64,000 nucleotides of DNA, from NCBI GenBank assembly GCA_963796455.1, contig CAWCLO010000004.1, forward strand, positions 1,120,001-1,184,000. The letters are read 5' to 3'. The stretch comes from Candidatus Sulfomarinibacteraceae bacterium (GTDB lineage: Bacteria; Acidobacteriota; Thermoanaerobaculia; Thermoanaerobaculales; Sulfomarinibacteraceae). The notes beneath the pieces are model-generated. The model made no database searches. It worked only from the letters and a program-made list of their open reading frames with translations, and was not told where the DNA came from. Below, in pieces: positions 28,242-36,994 of this stretch (position 1 is the stretch's first letter; each line of letters starts with the position of its first letter). The position numbers and the translations under genes are program-made.

Positions 28242-29575
28242 CTTCTCTGTGCCAGGGGATACCCATAACTTGTGGATGGAATTGATTGGCCAACGACCTC
28301 AACGGCAGAACCGAACCCGGAAAATTCTGCCCCACCCGTCCTCAAACTCTGGACAAAACGATGTTGGATTTTCGCGTGTCTGTTAAAAGATCGGATCCAG
28401 CTAGCCGGTGCACGCTCTTCCAGGTAAATGAAGGATTCGTTGGGAAAGCGAAGTCGTATCCGAGTCTTCCAAGCCAAAGACCTCGCATCTTCATTGCCTT
28501 CTACATCAAAGGTCGTGCGAACATCCTTTTCAATATGTGACCACCAGGTAGGTACACGCCCGCGTGCGATCGCCGCGCTCTCCAGGAAATTATAGGAAGT
28601 CCTGGCAGCCTCAAGGGCCTTTTCTCCCGCTCGATAGGGCTGATCCGGAGCCTGATTGTACAATCCTCCGCGAGAAATAGAAATCGCCACGGAACCAGCA
28701 ATCCCGTACCTAAGATCGAAAAAGTGGCCGATCCCGCCTCTAGGATTTAGTAGTCCCGTGAAACCCTCGTGTGCCCAGGTGTCCGCCCATGAGTGCAAGG
28801 CAATTCCTAAACTTATTAGGTTTCCGGTTCGCTCCGCTCTTATGAGGTTCAGTTTCGCAATAGGATTTGCCCTTTTCACAGGATGCCATTCAGGAGAGAC
28901 AAAGTGGAAAGAATAGAGGCGCCCTGGTAGGGATTCTAGCGAGCCCCAAAACAAAGGCAAAGGGCCTCCACCGGGATACGGTCGGGTGGTTGCGGAATCG
29001 TCAACAAACTGCGAAGCCCAGGATATTTGCGCCGCTTCATCTTGAGAGAAATCAGCTTCGCGAGCCAAGTAGTAGACAGCATAATAGTGAAAATCTATCG
29101 CATAGAGTCCTGAAGGATCCACAAAGTTGTTTGCGCTGAATTCAATCCATTTGTAAGGGTTCTGTGAAGAGTGCTTTACCGGATCTCTTCCAATAAACCC
29201 GACCTCTCCGGAACTCCACCGCGCCCGGTAGTAATACAACCCCAACTCCTCATGCCACGTCCGCCCCTGGAAGAGACTGGTGAGGCCGTAGCGGCTCTGG
29301 GCGAGCGGCGTGCTGTGGTCGGGTTTTGAGTATGCAACGAAGGTCTGATCAGTGAAGGTCGCGATGTGGGTGAAGTCGATTGACGGAAAGGCTACCGCAT
29401 TCGGAGTAGTTGCCAGGTCCTCCAGATTGATCTGGGTGACCTCGTAACGCTGCTGCGGATACCACGGAGCCCCAGTCTCGGCTGTCCACTTGAAGAGGTT
29501 TCCGCCCAGGCGTTCGCTTGATCCGGCGACGGCGTTCTCTCCCCGGTTCACAACGATTGCATCGGCAACATCCAA
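28238..29575 (-). CDS. Rhs-associated core end and C-terminal toxin domain (DUF6765-like)
   Basis: FQGRTWHEELGLYYYRARW...RDP...NPY...NFVDPSGL (DPSGL at 29105-29119). The tip contains DFHYYAVYYLA, SQFVDD, FHF and LGIALHSWADTWAHEGF. Confidence 0.85.
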   Translation of the reverse strand: MDVADAIVVNRGENAVAGSSERLGGNLFKWTAETGAPWYPQQRYEVTQINLEDLATTPNAVAFPSIDFTHIATFTDQTFVAYSKPDHSTPLAQSRYGLTSLFQGRTWHEELGLYYYRARWSSGEVGFIGRDPVKHSSQNPYKWIEFSANNFVDPSGLYAIDFHYYAVYYLAREADFSQDEAAQISWASQFVDDSATTRPYPGGGPLPLFWGSLESLPGRLYSFHFVSPEWHPVKRANPIAKLNLIRAERTGNLISLGIALHSWADTWAHEGFTGLLNPRGGIGHFFDLRYGIAGSVAISISRGGLYNQAPDQPYRAGEKALEAARTSYNFLESAAIARGRVPTWWSHIEKDVRTTFDVEGNEDARSLAWKTRIRLRFPNESFIYLEERAPASWIRSFNRHAKIQHRFVQSLRTGGAEFSGFGSAVEVVGQSIPSTSYGYPLAQRR

Positions 29576-31000
29576 CCCGTCAACCGGGACAACCGGTTCG
29601 TCGAAGAGGACAAGACGCCATCGGGGGCATCGAGCACCGCAAGGACCGCCGGCGGCGAGGCATCCATCAAGGTCTCATACGTCTGCGGGTCACGTCCGGT
29701 GAAGCTCAAGATCAAGCACCCACATTTCGTTTCCACTTCGATCGGTCAGACCGTCCAGGTGGAGTGCATAGCTCAGGCCGGTCTGAATCGTAGCGCCGCC
29801 AGGGTGATTCCCCGTCTGATCATCATCAAGCGTCACCACGAAATCGACGGCCTCTCCCCCATCGGGAGTCAGGGTCGCCGTCACGTTTTCAAGGTTGTCG
29901 TCGAGCAACTCGTCGAATCCGATCTCAAACACTTCTTCCCTCACGATGTCGGCCGTCGGACGCTGGCCGTCACCGGTCCACGCGACCCGGGTGGCTCGCG
30001 GTGGGGTGTCGTCCTCGGCGGAGAGGCGCGGCGTGCCGTCGGTCTGGTACTCCACTCCGCTCGACGATTCGGCCCTCGCCGTCAGTCAGAAGCTGAACGC
30101 TGCCGAGAAGATCGGTGATCGGCCACAGGGTTTCATCAAGCTCTCCGTCGGCATCGGTATCGACCTGTTCAACCGCCAGGTCATCGATCCAGCGACCCCA
30201 GTGGTGGCGGCGATCGAGCTGCCAGTCAGTGCCACCAGCTTCCTGCACGTACTCCGCTACGACCTGGTCGCCGTCATGGAGATAGACCCGACTATCGCCA
30301 GCAGCTCGCCACTTTGCCACCAGCCTCCCCAGGGGATCGACAATCAGCTTGGTCGTGGCGGAGTCCTGGTCGACGCCGACCAGCCGATCTCGCCAGTCAT
30401 GGCTGAAGGTTTCCGTGGATATAGCGGTTCCGCCCTGCATCAGATGTCGTGCCTCCGAGATTTCCGTTGTCATCCCAATCGTAGCTGAAGTTACCCGAGG
30501 CCACGACCTGGTGGAGACCATCGGAGTCGTGGTCCGGCTGGGCGTCGAACTGAAATCCATCGGAAACCCTGCGCCGGGACTCGAGTTCATCGACCTGATT
30601 GACGGTCCACCACTCCTCTATCTGCCGCGGTTCGAGACCTTCGGAGTAAGCAACCAGATCACCGTCGATACCCGCCACTGCAGGTAGGTTCTGGTTCAGG
30701 TTGCTCTCGAGGTGGCCTACACCGTCGTAGTGGAATTGCTCAATGAGTCCTCCGAGTGTCCTCACGTTCTTTGCTGGCGCCGGAGGCTCGCGTTCGGTCC
30801 AACCAAAGGCCAGCCGGTGGACCGGCGCCGAGATCACGGAATCCCGCGCCCCATAACGCCGGTTCGTCACCTCGATGGGCCTGCCCTCTCCGTCATAGCT
30901 CATAGGCCGTTGCGAGGCCGTTTGCCCGCTCGATTCCGATGAGCCGTCCACCCGCGTAATCCGCACCCCAGAGCTGCTGTCTCGCTAACCGTAAGCGAAG
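29576..31000 (-). pseudogene. frameshift-fragmented late YD repeats and Rhs core with inserted Ig-like domains
   Basis: Fragments FHYDGVGHL, FSYDWDDNGNL, HDWRDRLVGV, VDPLGRLV, YLHDGDQVVAEY and TDLLGSVQLLTD occur in alternating frames. Confidence 0.75.
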
Positions 31001-34000
31001 TCAGCCGATCGCCATCGAATCGTACCCCCGAACAAGGTTCGCCAAGCTAGTCGGGCATGCCGACGGATACCATGGACGATTGGCATCGTCGAAATACTCC
31101 GGCTCAAGGTCACGCTCGCCAAAGCCCAACACCGGCAACCCAAGGCTTTCCGAGAGCTGATTGCCGACACTGTCCCATGTGAAGCCGAGACGCACATCGT
31201 TGTCGAAGGCCGACGTCAAATGACCGATCTCGTCGTAGTCGAAGTCCACCGTTCCGCCCGGTTGGTCGGCCGAGGCGGTCACGGTATCGAGACGCCCGGT
31301 GGTTGTATCGATCGCAAAGGTCACGAGGGTTTGGTCAGCCCTCTTGATCCCGGCCATTTCACCATCCGGGTGGTAGGTGAAGCTTCGCTCCGAATCATCC
31401 GGGTAGACGATCGCTTTGAGACGGCCGTTCTTGTAGTAGCGGTATGTGGTGGTGTTGCCTTCGTGATCTTCATAGGCCACCAGATTGCCGCGCTCATCGT
31501 AGGTTCGGGTGATTTCCGCACCGTCGGGGCGCGTTTCCGTGACGACCCGACCAAGATCACCATAGGTCCATTTCGTAAGCCGATGGGTCGCCTGCTCGCC
31601 CTCGACGCTGGGGTTTGAGTCCGGCGTCAGCACCCTTTCCTTGCGCCCGAGACTGTCATAGAAGGTGGTTGTGGTTCGCCCACCGGGGCCTGTCACCTGG
31701 TGTACCCGACCCTGCTCGTCATATACGGTCGTCGTCGTGAGGGCCCACGAAGTCTCACCTTCATCAAAGCTCACCGTTCGCGTACGGACCTTGCCGTCCG
31801 GGTAGTACCCGGTCTCGACAATTGATCCGTCCGGGAGCGTACGCAGTATTTCCCGTCCCGCATCGTCGTAGTCGAAGGACGTGCGCCGGTCGAGCGGATC
31901 TTCGATCCACTCCACAAGACCGAGCTTGGGCCCACTGGTTTCAAAGTACTTGGTTGTAGTCGTCAGCACCTCGTCCGCATCCGGATCGTAGGCCTGCCCA
32001 AGTGGAAAACGATGAACCGAGTGGGTTCGTTGCCGGCCAATGGCGTCATAACCGAACTCTTCCCAGGCCCAGAGTTTCTCGGCCTCTTCGAGCCCGGTTT
32101 TCAACTCGCGATCAAAGAGCCGTCCGTCGGGTGAGAAAGTGAGAACCTCGCGCACACCCGTCAGATCACTGCGACCCGTTTGGCGCCCGAGCCTGTCGTA
32201 TTGGTTCGTCCATACCTTGCCACCCGGCGTGGTCGTGGTCAGAAGCCGACCGGAACCCGGCTCGTAGCCATACCCGGTCACCAGCTCAAAAGTCGTGCCG
32301 CCGGCATCATCTTCGGTCCATCTCTCGGTCCGGGTGTCCGTCCTGCCCGCGCTGTCATAGAGGTATGCCGTCTCGACGCCGGCCTTCGTGCTCGTCCACA
32401 GGCGTCCTGCATCGTCGTAGGACATGCCGTTGCTTTCGGTGACACCGTTCTGACTGCGGGTGATGCTCGAGATCATTCCCGCCGAGGTGTATCCCGGAAC
32501 CGTAGTCGTTGCTCCACCTCCACCCGTCCCGCTGGATATTGACTGGATGCGGCCGGCGGTGTCATAAGCGGTGCGGGTCTCTGTCTCGCCGCTCGTTGTC
32601 CGAAGCGTCCACCCGAGATCGTTGCTCTGGGTCGTCGTGCTTCGTGGCAACGGTTGGGTGCCGCCATCATTCGTCGTCTGGAAGGTATAGCTCGACTCGG
32701 CATGCCCGAGCAGGTTCCTGCCGATCCTTGTCGTCGCCGTGCCAACGGTTGACGTTGAAATGGATAGCTCAAGCTCTCCACTGCCGTGCATCGTGTCGTC
32801 GAAATCGAGAGTATTGGAGGCCCCGGTCGAGCTGGTCTGGGTCGAGACACGGCCCACCTGATCCAGGTATCTCGTGGTCTGGGTTCCATCGGGCGCCCTC
32901 GTAATGACTGTTTGAGGATCAGGGCGTTGGATACTGGTGGTGATGGGACCAGACGGTCCTGGGCTTCGTTCGATCAGTGAGATTTGGCCATCAACATAGT
33001 CGTAGCGTGTCATCAGCGTACTGACAGGGCTCTCGTCGCCAACTGTTCCTGGCGTCGTCGTCACTATCTCCGGAAGGAACGAGTAGCGTCGATGCCCGTC
33101 GTAATAAACTGTCGTCGTCGAAATCCCTGCTGGGTCGCGAACCGATCGAAGGCGTCCATCCTTGTCAATCTGCGTGCTCGTCGTAAGAACACCTCCGACC
33201 GTGACGGTGCCATCCCAGCCATCGCTCCCGTTTTCAACCAGGCTGATCTGGGTCAGGGTCGGGGGGCCGGCCGGGGTCACACCCTCGACAATCGTCCACT
33301 GGGTTTCGGAGTCTTCGGTGATGGTGGTGTCGATCGCCGGTCCCGTCGCATCGTCTCGGCCGCGGGTCACCTTCTGGACGCGACCCTCCTCCCAGTCGAC
33401 GTCAATCAGCACGTTGCCCTTCGAATCTTCGATCATCTTGATTTGATCGCCACGCTCGAGATCCATCGGTAGTACCGAACTCTTCGCAGACGCGTCTTTG
33501 GTATAGGTTTCGATCACATCGCCAGGCGATCCCTCATAGGCGAGCTGGACACCTTTGATTCCCGCTTTCTGCATCCGACCGGAGTCATCGTAGGCGTAGA
33601 GATACGTTCGACCGGCCGAATCCTCCACCGACGTCACCAAACCCGGCGGTGAATTCCCGTCTCCGAGCTCCGAATCCTCATCTTCGTAGTTGAAGATCAT
33701 CGTTCGCGGTTTGAGTTCGGTTGATCGTGTCCCGTTCGACTGAACAATTTGCGCCAGGGTCCCGTCGGCGTACCAGAGGAGCTTGAGTTCGGAGCCGGCT
33801 TCCTCGTTTTTTCGGTAGCGGTCACGAACTCTGGTGGGCAGGCCCTCGGCGGAGTACTCGGTGTAGCCTCCATCGGGGGTCAGCATCAACCATCCCCCGC
33901 CGGCCCTGCGCTTCAACTCGCCGGGATGGGCCCAAGCCGTCAAGGGGTTCCCTGCAGCGGTTGGATGACCGGACGCCGATTTGCCGAATACATACCGATC

Positions 34001-36994
34001 CCCAGAAGATGTAAAGAGATCCACGGTCCCGTCCGGGTTGGGCCGCAGCCGATCCAGGCCCGACAATTCCCATCCCCAGCCGAAGAGACCGAAGAGAATC
34101 CCTGCCGACGAGTACTGGCGGCCGACCACCACATCCATTCCGGGAGCCGGCAGCGCCAGGTCGGTTCGGGCGAGCGTCAGCGCACCCGTGGACAATTCGA
34201 CCTCCGGCACCATCGCCCCGCGAGCCTCGATGCCAGGATCTCGACCGACCGGCGGCGACGGCATCCACGGCAGGGTGACGGCCTCGTCAGTGGGCACGAG
34301 ACCGGCTTCAACGTAGCCTTGCAGCCAGCTGGAGCTTGTTTCGTCGATTTTCAAGGACACACGAATTCGATAGGCAGATGCGAGCTCGATCGGCTCGATG
34401 CCTTCCGGAATGATCAGATCGTCGCGATCGCAGTTTCGGCACACTGCGTAATGACCAGTGCCATCAACCTGTTCCTCGAGTTGGTTTCGTAGATCTCCGT
34501 TCTCCGGGATCTTCGTCCAATAGTCCGCCCGTGCGCGTTCATCGGCGATCAGCAGAATGGGCTGCGCAGCGATGAAATTGTGGCGCGCCGGGTCGTCCAG
34601 ACGCAGACCGGTCTGGCGGCGCAGCTCGACCTCGGTGCTCGACGGGAGGAATGGTTCAGGACGATCCGGAACCACGCCCCCTCCGGGAGCCAGGCCTTCG
34701 ACTCGGACCTTGATGCTGTTTTGGTGATCCGGAATACCCACGATGCGGGCTGTGACCCACGCCAAATAGGGAGCCTTCTCGCCGGTTTCAGCCTCGGGAG
34801 CCTCTGGGGCGCCCAGGGGTTGCAGGTACTCGATGCGCTCGCGAATACCATCACCATCAGTGTCTGGACCCACCATCTCGATCACAGGCGGTTTGTATTG
34901 AACGGGCGCCGAGCCAGTGACCGCAATTCCATGGGTCGGATTGATCACGAGCGGGCCCATGCCGGAGCCCGACGGCAATTTGATATCCGCCACCAGATCG
35001 ACTGACCACGACGTTGGATCTTCAGTGCCGTCGAGCGAGAAAACCGCAAGGCGACTGTCGCTGTCGCGGACCACGATGAGGCGATCGATAGGATCGATGG
35101 CGACGTGGCTCGCACTCCATCCCAGCGCGTATCCGCGACCCCAGTCCACCTTGCCGTCGACACCAACTTCACCGTAATTGAGTGTCCGGTGACCGACCAC
35201 CCCAACAACGGTCTTCTCTTCCCATTGACCGTCGACGTTAAAAGAAAGTCGGGCCACATCGATGTCGGTAAGATCGGAACCGGAAGACGAGCGGACGCAA
35301 TCGATCCAATCGGGCTTCAGGGTGCCGCCGCTTCTTCTGATCCCCCACACACCCTCATAGCGCGATGCGGCCAACAGCGTCGGATCGCCGTCTTCAGGCC
35401 GACTCACAGCGATCCTCCCGAGATAAACCGAATCCGCGGAACCGAGTTCGCGGCACGGTACATTCGGGTTGTCGGGATGCCTGAACCACCCCAGAAGATC
35501 TTCGTTTTGGGCGACGCTCACGAGGGCGAAATTGTGGCCGCCCCCTGAAAAGTCGAGAGCGGACAACGCCGTAGCACCCGCTGAGGCGTGAGCCCAGACC
35601 AAGGTGTCGGTGTGAGCCCGCAAACGGATGGGATAGTTCAACGGCAGCACTTCATCGCCATCGAGTTCGAGATTTGCGTATTCGACGACGAGCGGGCCAC
35701 TTGCCGGCGCAACCCGGCGGCGGAGAACCCGTCCCGTCACGGCATCGTGGAGGATCACCGGGTGGTACGGCTTCATGAGATTCTCGGGGATGGTCATCTC
35801 GGTCCACCCATCCTCAGTCCCATTCAATGTCGCCGAAATGCCCTGGGCTGACTCGAGACCATCAACGGCATCCTGAGCCGTGAAGTTCACCTGATTCGAA
35901 AAGACCTCGATTCTCAGATCGCCCGGGCCGACGCTGGTCAATGGTCTCGAAAGCTCCTGAACGGCCAGAACCGGCGCCGGATCGACCGGGTCATCACCCT
36001 CGGGGGCCAAATCCTCGAAGCGATAGAGACGGAGAGCGACGTGCTGGTTGACCTTGCCTTCGAGAGAGATGACATGTCCGAAACCATCACTTGCGACGCC
36101 GGCGACTGCGATCTCTGTTTCAGCCCGGCCGAGTTCTGCAGGATCCTCGGGGTTTGAAATGTCCCATGCGGTCAGACCCTGATCCCGCCCCGCGACCAGC
36201 AGCACATCCCCTTCGAGGGCAACGTCCGCCACGAGGCCGTCGATCATCGGATTACCGGACACGGCGTCGGCCACCTTGAACGGCAGAACGATCGGATGGG
36301 CCTTTTCTGCACCAAGGTTTTCAAACGCACTGGCCAGGAGTGTCAGTTCGTAGCTCGCTCCGGCACGCCAGGCAGTCTCGGGCTCGATGAAAACAATGTC
36401 TCCCGAGACATCAAGCCGGGGAGTCAGGCTCCCTTGGGATGGATCGGTCTGATTGAGCTGGACGTCAGCTTCGGTGAGTCTGTCCTGGAGAAACGTCGGC
36501 GGGTCCTTCTCGACGCGGCGGTCGAAGGTCATTGCGAGAATCTGGCTACCTGATGAAAGCACCGGCTCGACGATCAAAAGCATGCGATCGCCAACTTTGG
36601 CGGGAATCGACAGACCGAGATCCGAGTCGCTCGAAGAGACGCCCTTTCGCAAAATGCCTGTCTTCAGGTTGTAGAGATGGACCGTACGACCGGCAGGTAG
36701 CGAGCCCGCAGCGATCGTGCAGTTGAGGGCCGAGGCGTAGCTGTCCTTGCTGGCCTCGATCAAATGGCTCAGTGGCGACCGACCTACCGCCGCGTCAAAG
36801 CTGAAGAACATGAAGGGGTCCGCTTCCAGCAGCCGAGGCTCTTTTTCATAGCCCGGGGCATCTTCGACTGGGATGTCGATCCAGCCATCGGATCCCGGCG
36901 CCGGATAGCCGCGCTCGGAGTATGTGAAGCCGGTGTCGGGATCGGTCACGTGCCAGCACGAAGTCGTCGTCCGGGCGAATTGGGACCGTGGCAC
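31001..36994 (-). CDS. Rhs protein middle part: LVIVD-like repeats, DUF6531-like domain and YD repeats
   Basis: GLTAWDISNPEDP, VELSTGALTLARTDL...GRQYSS...FGWGW and many YDxxGR repeats. Joins the upstream ORF by a frameshift near 36950. Confidence 0.85.
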   Translation of the reverse strand: MPRSQFARTTTSCWHVTDPDTGFTYSERGYPAPGSDGWIDIPVEDAPGYEKEPRLLEADPFMFFSFDAAVGRSPLSHLIEASKDSYASALNCTIAAGSLPAGRTVHLYNLKTGILRKGVSSSDSDLGLSIPAKVGDRMLLIVEPVLSSGSQILAMTFDRRVEKDPPTFLQDRLTEADVQLNQTDPSQGSLTPRLDVSGDIVFIEPETAWRAGASYELTLLASAFENLGAEKAHPIVLPFKVADAVSGNPMIDGLVADVALEGDVLLVAGRDQGLTAWDISNPEDPAELGRAETEIAVAGVASDGFGHVISLEGKVNQHVALRLYRFEDLAPEGDDPVDPAPVLAVQELSRPLTSVGPGDLRIEVFSNQVNFTAQDAVDGLESAQGISATLNGTEDGWTEMTIPENLMKPYHPVILHDAVTGRVLRRRVAPASGPLVVEYANLELDGDEVLPLNYPIRLRAHTDTLVWAHASAGATALSALDFSGGGHNFALVSVAQNEDLLGWFRHPDNPNVPCRELGSADSVYLGRIAVSRPEDGDPTLLAASRYEGVWGIRRSGGTLKPDWIDCVRSSSGSDLTDIDVARLSFNVDGQWEEKTVVGVVGHRTLNYGEVGVDGKVDWGRGYALGWSASHVAIDPIDRLIVVRDSDSRLAVFSLDGTEDPTSWSVDLVADIKLPSGSGMGPLVINPTHGIAVTGSAPVQYKPPVIEMVGPDTDGDGIRERIEYLQPLGAPEAPEAETGEKAPYLAWVTARIVGIPDHQNSIKVRVEGLAPGGGVVPDRPEPFLPSSTEVELRRQTGLRLDDPARHNFIAAQPILLIADERARADYWTKIPENGDLRNQLEEQVDGTGHYAVCRNCDRDDLIIPEGIEPIELASAYRIRVSLKIDETSSSWLQGYVEAGLVPTDEAVTLPWMPSPPVGRDPGIEARGAMVPEVELSTGALTLARTDLALPAPGMDVVVGRQYSSAGILFGLFGWGWELSGLDRLRPNPDGTVDLFTSSGDRYVFGKSASGHPTAAGNPLTAWAHPGELKRRAGGGWLMLTPDGGYTEYSAEGLPTRVRDRYRKNEEAGSELKLLWYADGTLAQIVQSNGTRSTELKPRTMIFNYEDEDSELGDGNSPPGLVTSVEDSAGRTYLYAYDDSGRMQKAGIKGVQLAYEGSPGDVIETYTKDASAKSSVLPMDLERGDQIKMIEDSKGNVLIDVDWEEGRVQKVTRGRDDATGPAIDTTITEDSETQWTIVEGVTPAGPPTLTQISLVENGSDGWDGTVTVGGVLTTSTQIDKDGRLRSVRDPAGISTTTVYYDGHRRYSFLPEIVTTTPGTVGDESPVSTLMTRYDYVDGQISLIERSPGPSGPITTSIQRPDPQTVITRAPDGTQTTRYLDQVGRVSTQTSSTGASNTLDFDDTMHGSGELELSISTSTVGTATTRIGRNLLGHAESSYTFQTTNDGGTQPLPRSTTTQSNDLGWTLRTTSGETETRTAYDTAGRIQSISSGTGGGGATTTVPGYTSAGMISSITRSQNGVTESNGMSYDDAGRLWTSTKAGVETAYLYDSAGRTDTRTERWTEDDAGGTTFELVTGYGYEPGSGRLLTTTTPGGKVWTNQYDRLGRQTGRSDLTGVREVLTFSPDGRLFDRELKTGLEEAEKLWAWEEFGYDAIGRQRTHSVHRFPLGQAYDPDADEVLTTTTKYFETSGPKLGLVEWIEDPLDRRTSFDYDDAGREILRTLPDGSIVETGYYPDGKVRTRTVSFDEGETSWALTTTTVYDEQGRVHQVTGPGGRTTTTFYDSLGRKERVLTPDSNPSVEGEQATHRLTKWTYGDLGRVVTETRPDGAEITRTYDERGNLVAYEDHEGNTTTYRYYKNGRLKAIVYPDDSERSFTYHPDGEMAGIKRADQTLVTFAIDTTTGRLDTVTASADQPGGTVDFDYDEIGHLTSAFDNDVRLGFTWDSVGNQLSESLGLPVLGFGERDLEPEYFDDANRPWYPSACPTSLANLVRGYDSMAIG

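Noticed and set aside
16571..36994. Programmed ribosomal frameshifts at ~16.7 kb and ~36.95 kb
   Set aside because: No clear slippery heptamer was found, and the many other indels make error or decay more likely.
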